Source: Eledone cirrhosa
Taxonomy: Eukaryota
Reading direction: 5' to 3'
Length of the DNA: 64,000 bases
Assembly: GCA_964016885.1 (NCBI GenBank)
Contig: OZ024740.1
Coordinates: forward strand, 126,604,001-126,668,000
Every line of letters starts with the position of its first letter. The stretch's first letter is position 1. The notes beneath the pieces are model-generated. The model had not been told where the DNA came from. It worked only from the letters and a program-made list of their open reading frames with translations, and did not search any database. The position numbers and the translations under genes were made by a program. This document shows, in pieces, positions 14,256-29,295 of this stretch.

Positions 14256-14297
<42 letters not shown>

Positions 14298-14500
14298 GTG
14301 TATATATATGTATATAAGGTCAATAGATGGTTAAAAAAGTACCAAGTATTTTATTATGCGCATTTCTAAAACAAATATCATCATGTGATGACATCTGCGT
14401 GTTCATAAGATAAAATAGGGATACATGATATGAAGGTTAAAAAAGACTTGTGAATAGTGAAGTTTTAAATCAACAGTGTGCTACAATAAAACTCACCTGC

Positions 14501-14544
<44 letters not shown>

Positions 14545-14545
<1 letters not shown>

Positions 14546-16207
14546 CAATAATAATAAGTTTGAAAACTAAAATCCAAAGAGGGCTCGATTAGCATAAATA
14601 TATATCAAATATATAAGAACCGTAGAGCAAATATTTATTAAAATAACAGATTAAAGTTTAAGCAAAGAATCGCTTCTTTCACCCTTGACGGGATCTTCTG
14701 AAACTAACAAAGTCAATCTGTGAACGCACAAGTGAATATTTCAAAAAACGATGTAACCGGGGGGAGACAGGAAGACGGTACTTTGGTTCATCGAACCGGA
14801 CCCTGGCAAAGAACGGGAAAAAACGAAGATAATACGTCATTATTTGGAGCGGTGAAAAGCAATTACACGCAAAGACAAAACCACGTTTATGGTATAAATG
14901 AAGTCATAGACTAATATTCTATTAGGTGGTTCATAGAGACGTTCTCTGGCAATGAACGGAAAAAAATGAAGATAATACGTCATATGTGGAGCGGGGAGAA
15001 CAATTGCACGCAAAGACAAAACCAAGTAAATGGTATAACTGAAGTCGCAGACCAAAATTCTAACTAGGAAACCGAATGATTCTCGTCTTCAGAGTTAAGA
15101 ATAAAGTAAATAAAGTACAGAGGTAATTGAAATTAAATAAATACATACACGCATCCATATACGTACATATACAAGCATACACGAAAACACTCGCCATAGG
15201 TATACAAATACACGCACGTACACAAACAAAAGAAAAAAACCCCGCACGCACATACATAACCTACGCAACGCTTGTACCCGCAAGCATACCAATGTATACA
15301 CCAAATACGAATAAAATATATATTTAAAAAAAAAATATGTATATATATAAATGTGTGTGTGTGCGTGTATATATATAATTAAATAAACTTTTATAAATAA
15401 ATTAATACGTATATAACAAGCGCACACACATACCTAATGTATATACGTTTTCATTTATATACGTTTATTTAATTATATGTATACACGCACACAAACACTT
15501 ATATATATATATACATTTTTTTATATATATTTTATGTGTATTTGATGTATACATTCGTATGCGTACGGGTACAGGCGTTGCGTGTGTTCTGTATGTGCGT
15601 GCGGGTTTTTTTGTTTTTTGTTTGTGTACGTGCGTGTATTTGTATAACTATGGCGAGTGTTTTCGAGTATGATTGTGTATGTACGTATATGGATGCGTGT
15701 ATGTATTTATTTAATTTCAATTACCTATGTATTTTATTTACTTTATTCTTAACTCTGAAGCGGAGAATCATTCGGTTTCCTAGTTAGAATTTTAGTCTAC
15801 GACTTCAGTTATACCATTTACTTGGTTTTGTCTTTGCGTGCAATTGTTTTCCCGCTCCACATATGACGTATTATCTTCGTTTTTTCCGTTCATTGCCAGA
15901 GAACATCTCTATGAACCACGTAATAGAGTATTAGTCTACGAATTCTTTTATACCAAAAACGTGGTTTTGTCTTTGCGTGTAATTGTTTTTCACCGCTCCA
16001 AATAATGACGTATTATATTCGTTTTTTCCCGTTCTTTGCCATGGTCCGTTTCCACTAACCAAAGTATCGTCTTCCTGTCTTCCTCTGGTTACAACGTTTT
16101 TTGAAATATTCACTTCTGTGTTCACTGATTGACTTTGTTAGTTTCAGAAGATCCCGTTAAGGGTGAAAGCAGCGATTCTTTGCTTAAACTTTAATCTGTT
16201 ATTTTAA
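14545..16207. mobile_element. Inverted pair of 3' UTR/pLTR copies of the 5402 PLE family
   Basis: 14545-15445 (-) and 15450-16207 (+) both match about 4590-5360. Confidence 0.88.
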
Positions 16208-17234
16208 TCTAATATATATTTGTGAAATGGGTGGTGATTGAAATTCAGTTGTGCACGGTTAAATGTTAGTACACGTGGTCGGACGGACATGAAAATGTAC
16301 ACACCTATGTAAAAAGTGCCAAGGCAGCAAATATACGAGGTTTCAAATCTCTAACTTGAAAAATGTGGTCCCTAGGGCCCCCAAACGATCTATTTACTAT
16401 CGCTTATGGTGAGTTATTTCCCCCCTGTTCTAATAATTGGATGAGTTATTTTCCGCAGTCGCTTTCAATATTCATTGTCTTCTTTACAATATCATAAACA
16501 TTTTTCAACTCATCAATTTTTCATAACATATCAAACACAACGTTCTTTCGCTGTTAACATACAGTACCGTGTTATGAAATCGATTCTGCAGTAGCATTTT
16601 ACGAAATGCCAATCCTTAAACGGTCACTGTTTTCCATCAAAAGAAATAAAACCCTTAAATTGCGAAGAAGGGACGCGTGTTTTTATTTTAATTCTAATTC
16701 ATGTTAATCACCACTAACAGTAAGTAGTATTTTTCAAAGTCAAATGAAAAGTTTAAAGAATACATGCATGTAAACCTAACGATCATACAGTACCGTTTTA
16801 TGAAATCGATTCCCCAGTAGAATTTTAGTAAATGCCAAACCGAAAAAGGTCACTGTTTTCTAACAAAAGAAATAATACCCTTACATTGCGAACCCCATGT
16901 TCCCTACTGGGGTTAGTTATTTCCCCCTCTTCTAATAAACGTCTAATATATAGAGGCCCCTCTTGTTGACCAGGGCAATCAAAGTGTAAACTATCATACA
17001 AACCTTCATAATCTGGATTTTCAAACTTGTATATCATCGGCATTGGTATTTCGCTGTTAATAAAGAACGCTTTTCACGTCGCTCTACTTCTCACTGTACG
17101 CCGTCCAGCCCCAAGTGCATGTTTTTATATTTTTTTTCCTCAAACTGCTTCTTTATAATAAACTTTCAATAATATTTTTCAAATTATTAACTTAATAAAA
17201 AATGTCCCCGGGTGCAACCGGGCTCAGCTGCTAG
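16208..17234 (+). mobile_element. Non-autonomous Helitron
   Basis: 5' TCTAATATATA; 3' hairpin cccgg-gtgcaa-ccggg followed by CTAG. Interrupts the PLE-family sequence ttttaa^taaata at A^T with no TSD. Confidence 0.82.
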
Positions 17235-17296
<62 letters not shown>

Positions 17297-17299
<3 letters not shown>

Positions 17300-18188
17300 C
17301 CAAAATTAAGATAAAATAAATTAAATGAATTTAATCTAAATCGAAATTGTGGGTGTCATGCCAAAATGGCGTGCGCCATATCACCTGGAAATTAAGCTGT
17401 AAGATAAATCTGAGCATTTTATAATAACTAGAAATCGATTAACATATATATATACATGAATAATCACAGGAGATAATTTTTGCCCGTGTGTAACCACGCA
17501 TAGCTAGTTTGGGTATTAATTACCTTTATGTATGATTAACCTTCCTTGTATATAGCCCATTAAAGAAATATATTTCACCAATTAATCAGATGGTAAGTCA
17601 CGGAAAGTGGATATTATTGGATTGTCAACAAGGAAGCGTAATAAAAGTCAGCTATCCGTCCTTACAGAACGAGTTTAAATCCTTATCTAACCGTTACCAC
17701 GTGTTGTGTCTACACATGATAGCGGTTTCGTTTCAGTGGCGTGAATAGGTATTCGACAACAAGAAATAGCAGTCAAATTTACATCAACAGAAATAGCTCT
17801 ACAAATAAGGAGCCGTATATATATATTTATATCCAAAATTTGACTGCTATTTCTAGTTGTCGAATACCTATTCACGCCACTGAAACGAAACCGCTATCAT
17901 ATGTAGACAGAACACGTGGTAACGGCTAGATGAAGTTTTAAACTCGTTCTGTAAGGACGGATAGCTGTACTTTATTACGCTTCCTGTTGGCAATCCAATA
18001 ATACCCACTTTCCGTGACTTACCATCTGATTAATTGGTGAAATATATTTCTTTAATGGGATATATACAAGGAAGGTTAATCATACTTAAAGGTAGTTAAT
18101 ACCCAAACTAGCTATGCGTTGTTACACGCGGGCAAACATTATCTCCTGTGATTATTCATGTATATTTATATGTTAATAAATTTCTAGT

Positions 18189-18192
<4 letters not shown>
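17297..18192. repeat. Fold-back copy of the 2624-3482 repeat family
   Basis: About 17420-17775 is inverted to 17840-18192. Confidence 0.8.
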
Positions 18193-18232
<40 letters not shown>

Positions 18233-18240
<8 letters not shown>

Positions 18241-18628
18241 ATGTAATAAACAACATAAGGCAATTATTCCATTTACCAGTGGTTTCTTAAAAGCAAAAGG
18301 TTTTGCTTTCAATCCTCAGAATGAAAAAATCCTGGTTTGTTTATTGAATTTGGATCTTAAAAAAACAAAAAAAGCAAGCTATATGAAAGTGAGGCTGGAG
18401 AAGAAAGAAGGAAAGGAAAAATAAAATAAGACTACACATGCAACCACACATACACGAAAAAACATAAAAGCATACACACACACACATATACGCATACACA
18501 CACACGCATACACACACACGTTATTCCGGGTTGAATCGGAGGCAGCCACAGTAAGCAAGGCACTCAGTACACCGCAGATCATGAAGGTTTTAATATAGAT
18601 GAGAATCTGTATATGTATACAAACACGT

Positions 18629-18681
<53 letters not shown>

Positions 18682-19009
18682 TGTGCATGCGCGCACGCAC
18701 TCACGCGTATACAAATATAAATATATTTCCCCCATACACATGCGTGTGCGTGCAAGTGTCTCGTGAATTAGATTATACTTAGAAATTGTCTACAGAATTC
18801 CCTAAACCTTCGTCAATTTACTAGAACCTTTAAGAATTTAGCTTTTAAGGATCTCCCCTTCCTCCAAATCTATCTACCATGACTGACCCCATACTGATCT
18901 TACAGACACCTGTAAGCTAAAGAGAAACCTAATGATAAGGATTGGCTCCAATCTGAATACAGAAATCTGTCTGCCTTTGTTCCTCTAAGAACAAACATAT
19001 ACAAACATT

Positions 19010-19062
<53 letters not shown>

Positions 19063-19171
19063 CAAACGTATCTACACACACACACGCATACATATATATA
19101 TACACACACACATACACACACACACATACACACACACACATTCATATATATACACACACACACACACACGC

Positions 19172-19233
<62 letters not shown>

Positions 19234-19328
19234 GCGTACACGCATACACATACGTACACATAGCCATACCCACACATATATATATATATATATATATACA
19301 TACACATATATATATATATATATATGTG

Positions 19329-19366
<38 letters not shown>

Positions 19367-19457
19367 CATTCACACAATCAAACATATATACACACGTACA
19401 TGCATACACATACATACATGCACTCCTCTACATATTCACACACGCAAATAAATATAG

Positions 19458-19505
<48 letters not shown>

Positions 19506-20120
19506 AAGTTGAAGCTGTAATGGTATGTCAAATCTATCTATTTATAAGACTGTTTATATTGTATTTTGTCTGAAGAAGGCATACCATATTTTTAATATGA
19601 TATCCCTGAAATATATATAATGAAATAAATATGGTTTTATAAATATAGTTTCCATTTATTTAATATCGTATATATATATATATATTTTATTAAAACATTA
19701 CATAAGGCAGCAAACTGGACAGACAAGCGTGGTAAGAAACACACACAAAAGCACATATACATACGCACGAAATAGTCAACGCATTCACACACTCTCACAC
19801 AAAAAAAATTTCAAATACAAAACAAAAATTTCAAATACAAATACAAAAATTTCAAATACAAATACAAAAATCCTTTTTGTGTGAGAGTGTGTGAATGCGT
19901 TGACTATTTCGTGCGTATGTATATGTGTTTTTGTGTGTGTTTCTTACCACGCTTGTCTGTCCAGTTTGCTGCCTTATGTAATGTTTTAATAAAATATATA
20001 TATATATATATATATTTTTTTTTTCCTATATTTATTTGCGTGTGTGAATATGTAGAGGAGTGCATTTATGTATGTGTATGCATGTACGTGTGTATATATG
20101 TTTGATTGTGTGAATGTATG

Positions 20121-20212
<92 letters not shown>

Positions 20213-20249
20213 GGTATGGCTATGTGTACGTATGTGTATGCGTGTACGC

Positions 20250-20303
<54 letters not shown>

Positions 20304-20314
20304 GTATATATATG

Positions 20315-20356
<42 letters not shown>

Positions 20357-20436
20357 CATGTGTGTGTGTGTATGTGTGTGTGTGTATGTGTGTGTGTATA
20401 TATATATATGTATGCGTGTGTGTGTGTAGATACGTT

Positions 20437-20471
<35 letters not shown>

Positions 20472-20803
20472 ATGAATGTTTGTATATGTTTGTTCTTAGA
20501 GGAACAAAGGCAGACAGATTTCTGTATTCAGATTGGAGCCAATCCTTATCATTAGGTTTCTCTTTAGCTTACAGGTGTCTGTAAGATCAGTATGGGGTCA
20601 GTCATGGTAGATAGATTTGGAGGAAGGGGAGATTCCTTAAAAGCTAAATTCTTAAAGGTTCTAGTAAATTGACGAAGGTTTAGGGAATTCTGTAGACAAT
20701 TTCTAAGTATAATCTAATTCACGAGACACTTGCACGCACACGCATGTGTATGGGGGAAATATATTTATATTCGTATACGCGTGCGTGCGTGCGCGCATGC
20801 ACA

Positions 20804-20871
<68 letters not shown>

Positions 20872-21280
20872 TGTGTATGTACGTGTTTGTATACATATAC
20901 AGATTCTCATCTATATTAAAACCTTCATGCTCTGCGGTGTACTGAGTGCCTTGCTTACTGTGGCTGCCTCCGATTCAACCCGGAATAACGTGTGTGTGTA
21001 TGCGTGTGTGTGTATGTGTGTATGTGTGTGTGTGTGTGTATGCTTTTATGTTTTTTCGTGTATGTGTGGTTGTATGTGTAGTCTTATTTTATTTTTCCTT
21101 TCCTTCTTCCTCCTCCAGCCTCACTTTCATATAGCTTGCTTTTTTTGTTTTTTTAAGATCCAAATTCAATAAACAAACCAGGATTTTTTCATTCTGAGGA
21201 TTGAAAAAAAACCTTTTGCTTTTAAGAAACCACTGGTAAATGGAATAATTGCCTTATGTTGTTTATTACATAATAATAAT
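18233..21280. repeat. Large inverted duplication (~1.25-kb arms) with nested inner palindrome
   Basis: 18233-19500 is the reverse complement of about 20000-21280. Inner 19680-19803 pairs with 19874-20000 around 3x aaaaatttcaaatacaa(a/t). Confidence 0.92.
19562..19627 (+). ncRNA. Type I hammerhead ribozyme
   Basis: tattttgt-CTGAAGA-agg...cct-GAAATATATATA-atgaaata, inside a ~170-bp island between (TA)n tracts. Confidence 0.68.
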
Positions 21281-21344
21281 TAAGCTCTGTTGCTTACATA
21301 GAGCACTCTTTTTTCCTGGACTTTTCCGACGGAATTACTTCATT

Positions 21345-21402
<58 letters not shown>

Positions 21403-21470
21403 CTAGAAGCTGAGCCCGGTTGCACCCCGGGCCATTTTTTATTAAGTTAATAATTTGAAAAATATTATTA
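21403..21470 (-). mobile_element. Inverted copy of the Helitron 3' end
   Basis: Reverse complement of 17168-17240, including CTAG and the taaata flank. Confidence 0.8.
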
Positions 21471-23587
21471 TTGTAACGTCAGTATGAATCCTTGTCGTAT
21501 TAAATGTCGGAGGGACGATATTCTGAAAACTGATTAATGTGCACGATGAACTGCATGTAAACCCATGGTTTTTATTCTTAATATTTTGAATTTTAAAAGG
21601 TTTCGGTTTTATAATAAAATCAAAATTGGTTTATCATGTTTATAGTGAAGTAAATGCGATTTCAATAAATGTTATAACAGTCAGTAATACTTTTAATTCA
21701 GAAAATAATTTGAATAAAACAGTTTTCCATCCTTTACATCAACGCATTTTTCGTCTTTCAAATTCATTTTTCAGATAATGCTTTATACATGTCTCCTACA
21801 CATTATCTTTCTAGCTACAAGTCCAGATGTACAAACGTCAATATCATAATTATCTTGTATGGTCAAGTCACTTAAAATTATCTTTCAGGATTTCAGCTAA
21901 ATTAAAGAATAAATAAATTATATTAAATCTCTTACTAAGGAAAATAATGCTATTACATTTTAAATTCCTATGCCACTAAAAGTAAAATGAATTTGTTACG
22001 TTTTCAACTACTGAAATAGAACTTAACCTTTCCAGAGAATCATTAGCGATAACCGACAATTGTACCAACAATATTATTGCTACAATTGCCGCTCCTGCTA
22101 TTAATACCGCAACAAGTAATTGTGTCATTGTTTTAAGGAGAATTCTTCAGAAACACTTGACCAAGCGTGCCACAGTAAACACCTCTTCTTCCTTGGTTTC
22201 TTGAAACCATATTTACTACACTTAAAATTATGATAAACTAAGTCTGAATTTACTAAAATAATTATAAGACTGAACATATTTTCAATAAAAACTACGATTT
22301 TACATGATTTTCATCAAGCGCTTTGTTCGGATTTAAAACATAGCGGACACCGTCCCTCTCCAAATATAAATGCCGTTGATATTTTCCTCAAAAAAGGAGG
22401 GACAGTGATAGAGGGGACATGAGAAAAAGACATATATGAAGGGGCCACACCAGTACATCACTGCTTCTTTTTCATTGACCTCGGGAAGATGAACGGTAAA
22501 GTTGACTGCCGTGGAAATTGAACTGAGAAAGCCGGAAAGAATACCGCAAAGCATTCAATGCGATGTTTTATTGACTCTACCGATTTGCTGCATATATATA
22601 TATATATATATTTATATAGTGGGTGTGCATACATATATAGCCAGCACGCACATACATTGAATAGTCCAATTATATTGAAATTGGCGAATGGTAAGGCGGT
22701 ATTAGTGTGGTTGAACGAATTGGGAGGCGGTGTACGGCAGATGTTACAAGGTGATATGTATTACAATACATCATTACAATCTACGATGAACAGAGTATAT
22801 ATATATATTGAAAGAACAAAGATATCACATGATATATACAATAATATTCTGTTGGTATTTTCACTATCAGGATAAGATAGGATTTATTTCTCGCTTCATT
22901 CCGGTCGCATAACTGACTTCTATTTGTAAGAAAGTTGTATGGAAAACTATATATTTCTGTATAGTCTGAGTAAGCGAGTAATCAAAGAAGTATCTAGATG
23001 TCCCGGAATATTATTTTTATTGTTGAGCAGTTTTCACGAGCTCTCAGGAATAAGTGGGCAGAGAAGTAGCATAGCAGTTTTCGCATATAGCTCTTCTTAT
23101 ATCTTTCCTGCCACACAGTAAAATACAATGGTCGAGAGGCATGTAGCTGGATATCCTTTGCATGAATACACTATTAGAACAACTTGCTAATCTAGTAATA
23201 CAGAATGAGTTCACATGAGTTGGAAGCCTTAGGTCTAATCTCTGTTGCTCATACTATGATTCACTGATGGTAAAATTTGATACTAAATTTCCAGTGCATA
23301 ACATAGTTTTCATTCATACACATATTGGAAACGGAGGAGATTCAGAAATGTCTAGGTAATCTGGAAGGCTACTGCATATCAAATATATTTGTTTTATGTG
23401 AATATATTTGCGATTCATTCTGTTCGTTTATTTTCTTAACATAGATGTTGCTTATAACACTAATTTTTGTTACAACACACATTCTGAGTCACTCAAGGTA
23501 CAGTCGCTAGTTCTCAGAATTGAGAGATCACAGCTCCGCTACGGACATGTGCTTTAAAATTCACAGGAAAAAATCGCTGGACAAATT

Positions 23588-23790
23588 TCACGGGCAAAAC
23601 CAACAGGTAGGAAACCCAATGGTAGACCCAGAATGAGGTGGTTGGATAACATCCATGAGCTTGGCTGTCACGCTTGGGGATCCAGACGGTTTAGTTGGAG
23701 ATGGTTGCTTCTGGCATGACTCACTGGAAAGAGTCTTTGATGACTCTGCCCCCACGAGCCTCTTAAGAAGAAGAAAAAGAAGACACATTC
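23588..23790 (+). mobile_element. RTE-like LINE 3' end fragment
   Basis: GRPRMRWLDNI motif followed by an aagaagaag tail. Confidence 0.6.
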
Positions 23791-24454
23791 TGTAAATAAA
23801 TGCTTCTATTAGATGGACTAAGCTGCACTTTCTCTGGTTTATGTGTGTATAGTTACTTCATTATATTCATAGATGCATCTGCAGGTCTAAAGGTGTGTGA
23901 GCGTCGACGTGCAAACCTACTTTTGCTCCTGTCTCTTTCAACATAGTATATTGTGAATGTTTAATCCATATTATTTGCGTATATTAGGGTTAAAATATAA
24001 CACTAGGTAATGCAACCTATTGACTGATAACCATCAAACGAGATAATAAAATTAAATATATCTAGAATAATGAATAGAAACACAAATTTTGTTGAGAAGA
24101 AAAGAAAATTAATTTAGCTGTATGTTCATAGACATTACTAAGTCTTTGATAATTAATTAATTTAAAAATAATAGCTGGTTATACTTGAGGAAATATTTTA
24201 GTATGTATTAAATATTGCCTATGGGAAAATATTACAGGAGAATTTAATTAATTCACTTCCCGTAATCACTCTGCCAATTACTTCTACAAGATGTATCTTT
24301 CGGCCAGTGATATAAAAAGAATGATAGTAAAATGAAAATGATGAGATGAGTATTAGATTAGTTGATGCAATGAATTCTTTTAATATATTGCGATCCGATT
24401 TGGAAAACAAGATCGGAACAACAATTGCTGATTCAGATGATTTATTTGACTCAA

Positions 24455-24630
24455 ATAAAATTTGGAATAAGCTGCTGAATTGCTAGCGTTGTTAGAACAT
24501 CAGCTAGGACGCTCTGCGTTTGAGTTCTGTCATTTTAAGCTCGGAATTCAAATCCCTCGAGATCAATATTGTTTTCCATTCTTTCAAGTTCGATAAATAA
24601 AAACCAGTCAAGTACTGGTGTCGATTCCTC
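24455..24630 (+). mobile_element. Degenerate tRNA-type SINE
   Basis: gaattcaaatccc..ttccattctttcaagttcgataaataaaaaccagtcaagtactgg resembles 58030-58220. Confidence 0.55.
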
Positions 24631-25339
24631 CTCTTCGTCTTTATCCCTTTTTCCATTTTATCTCGATTTCTTTCTTTCTGGAAGATATCAGCTGCCTTTA
24701 GTCCAGGAGAACGATAAAAGACTACATCGTCCATACAACTACATTAGAATCTAAGTGCCAATGGAGATTTGTGAGAAGTGTATACCTGGCATTTAATAAA
24801 ATTGATTATCTAGTATTTTAAAGATTATTTGAATTTTTCAAAATATTTTTAATATGAAATATTTTCTGTAGGTGTCAGCTTGACATAAAATAATTTTTGT
24901 TAGAATTATATGTTTTGCGACTGAGTCTTTATTGTTACTGGAATATTGTCTCGATTCAAATTCGATTTGGTGCTATTCATAAAGATAGTGCAAGAGAAAT
25001 TCACAAAATCTGATAATGCTCAATATTTCGATTTGCTTTCAACTTTAAATATAAGTAGGTAAGCATTATAGCTAGCGGTATTTTCTTTAAAAATATCATA
25101 TCGATTCGTGTTTTCATTATTGAATATTGATTAATGTTATGTAAGTAAAATGCAACGAACTTCGTATTTACTAAAGAAAATCGGATGAAACCATTTACAT
25201 ATATGAAGTTAGATGTGTGTATGGGTGTCGGGAGCATATGAAGTGCACTGCAATGTATTTCTTTTCTTTTAGCTATTGTTGTTTGTAAATTTAACTTTAA
25301 AAGTCAAGTGTCTTAATTATAGTTAATAAGAGAGCACCA

Positions 25340-25500
25340 TCGGCAGCGAATTGGCAGAATATTTGCAATGTTGGATAGAATGTGTTACGGTATTTGTTTC
25401 GGCTCACTGCTCTCTGAATTCAAATCCCACCGAGGACAACTTTGCATTTCCTCGATGAAGGGTCTATGAAAAAGAACACGTCCAATATTGATCTCGATTA
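25340..25500 (+). mobile_element. Degenerate tRNA-type SINE
   Basis: ggcagcgaattggcagaat..gaattcaaatcccaccgaggacaactttgc. Confidence 0.6.
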
Positions 25501-26163
25501 TTCTTACATAGTGTTTTAAGTTCCATTTTCTCAATCTCTATCCTTCTCTGGAATAAATCTTCGGTATTCAGACCCGGTTAAGTAATGAGCTCCGCCAGGT
25601 TTAAAAAGGTCCAATAATTGCCGTATTTTCCATACGGCAACTCTAAGATAATCCCAGCACTTGCTGGACCATGCACACATGGAACAGAACACTAAATATA
25701 TTTAGCAGTTACATTCATTTTACTAATATATATCCTACGTTAAGAACTGACTGTTATAAAGAAAGTTATATATTCATTGAAGTTATATATTAATTCAGTC
25801 AAGAGATACATTTAAATTTAAAAAAATCTACGAATTTCATAATTTCATTTAGAAATCTTAAAGCTTAAAATAAGTAAACATTATTTACATAACGATATTA
25901 AAGACAAATTTCGTATAGCATACGACGGTTGATTATGAATAGAAACAAAATGAAAAAGGAGATTCTATATAAATTATAAAACAGAATTATAAAGAATAAA
26001 AACATGAAGCTGTTTTTGTTGTTAACATTTGTTGTCTCTACGTTTTTGAGAAAATACATATTACTCTTGTATTCATATATACCTACCTTATATATATATA
26101 TATATATATATTACATATATACAATCAATATATACACACACTCACATATACACACATATATGT

Positions 26164-26273
<110 letters not shown>

Positions 26274-26309
26274 GAGTGTATAGGTAGATACCCAAAAGAT
26301 GGAGGTAAA

Positions 26310-26940
26310 TAAATACGTAATGTTTCTACATAATTTTCTTCCTTTTTGTTGCACTTGGTCCAGAGCTCAAGAAAGTTGCGTAGTCCACCCAAGAAGGTTT
26401 TCGGTTGGTCGCGCAAATATTTACAGAGAGCTTCCTACATTTCTTTATCTGTAGGATATCGATGACCTCCGAATTCATCTGTGAACGGTCCAAGTAGATG
26501 GGAGATGGAAAGAGCGAGATATGGGCTGTAGGCTGGGTTTTCCAGCAACTCACGATCCAATTGTCACCTATCTCGCACTGATTTATTATAGCCGAGCTCA
26601 TCGGGGATGATTTAATGGGCAGAGAACATGCCACCAGCAGAGAGCATGCTACCTCACCGATGATAACTCACGGTTCGCCGAAATTGCTGAATCTTCTCGC
26701 TCGTCAGTGGGGGTGGTGTGATAAGTGTCCTACTCGTTCTTCGTGTGTCACACTTATCTGACCACTTCTAAACTTCTCGATCAACTTATACACTCTTTTA
26801 CGTGGTAGTGCACAATCACCGTCTTTTGTTAAAAGCCACATTTGGTATGTATAACATCGATTCAACTTCTCTTAATCCACAAACATTCATCCCCCGATGA
26901 CGGAATTGTAGTTCGTCCAATATTGATTATCCCAATATCT
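26310..26940 (-). mobile_element. Tc1/mariner transposase remnant
   Basis: RDQPKTF..GLRNFLELWTKCNKKEENYVE matches the mariner C-terminal pattern F..GI..L..RW.KC....G.YVE. Confidence 0.65.
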
Positions 26941-27155
26941 TAAAATGGTTAATATTGCTTTTTTTTATATCAGAAACCATGATTGGGAACTATATACATA
27001 AAACCAACTTATTTTTGTCGGTCTACTTTATATTCAACACCAAAAGAGATTTTGGTGTTCTAATATATTTATTACTTCTCAGAGTAGATAATGTATTAAT
27101 ATATCTTATTCTTTCATTGAGATGTCTAAGTATTAGAGACAATTAACTTTATAAA

Positions 27156-28100
<945 letters not shown>

Positions 28101-28111
28101 ATATCTATATA

Positions 28112-28181
<70 letters not shown>

Positions 28182-29260
28182 CCTCTCTCTTTCTCTCTCT
28201 GTATATATATGTGTCTTTGTGTGTGTGTGTCAAATAAAAAATCCATAAAGTTCGATAGGTTTCGCCGACTATTCCCCAGGCAATGTCTAACTTAATAGCC
28301 TTCTCTAACGAGGTCATTCAAGTCATGGTTCATACCTCAGTTATTTTCCAGATGCCATGGCACACCCTAGTAAAGAATTGTTGTTTTCGGGGCCTTTTCT
28401 ATGTGTAGGTGATTTATACGGATCTTCTTGGTGGAATATGTCCAAAGACAGTTTGAAACATATGGGATCTTTTTCACATTTTATGTGTATTGGTTTGATG
28501 TTAAAAAGAACGTGACTATTTGAGAGGTAATAATTGTGCCATATAGTTGTTATGAGATGCGAGTTTATTATTGTAGTGGGTGCAAAGCACAGGGCTCAAG
28601 GCGTAGTCGGATATTAATGTTGATGCCAACATCATTTGGACAATGCAGATAATGTAGCACTCATGGCGTTGGAAAGAGTTTTATCATTTCTAGTCGAACC
28701 CAATAGTTAATGTTTTTCTTGTAGTAGGCAAACGGCGTTATTACGCCCCAGAAAGCCTTAAGCTCCACCACACAACAAATACATTATATTTGTTGTAGTG
28801 TGGTAAGGCTTATTGTGCATTCTGGGGCTTAATATCCCCGTTAGCCCTATAGTTTCTTTGTAATTAACATTCGGGTTGCTTCAATATTCATAATACTAAC
28901 ATCAGTTGGTGGGGTGATTTCATTAAATCTTATTTGTTGATTTTACTCATCAAATAAATCCATTTTTAATTAAAACTTAATTTGACACTATAAAGTGGTA
29001 TTGGTGTATGATGTCGGCAGTTCAAAGAACGGTCAGATTATTAGGATTCGCTTTTCCTGTAGGGGGTTGTTTTTTCTGCACATTTGATTGATTTTATGGC
29101 ATTAATACAATTGTGTTTCAAAGCTTACGCTATTTGGGTGGGATGGACAGGCAACACGACCTGGAATAACAAACAACGACGAAACTAAATGTGGCTGCTA
29201 ATACAAAATACCACCATTAATTTAGATTCAAGTGTTAGGGAATATTCTATTAAAAGGGTT

Positions 29261-29295
<35 letters not shown>

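Noticed and set aside
14345-14480. Full minus-strand HHR (CTGTTGA...GAAATGCGCATA)
   Set aside because: The core is mutated and stem I does not pair. Kept only as an example of a palindromic stem III.
28220-29050. Possible degenerate retroelement coding remnant on the minus strand
   Set aside because: No diagnostic motif could be read confidently.
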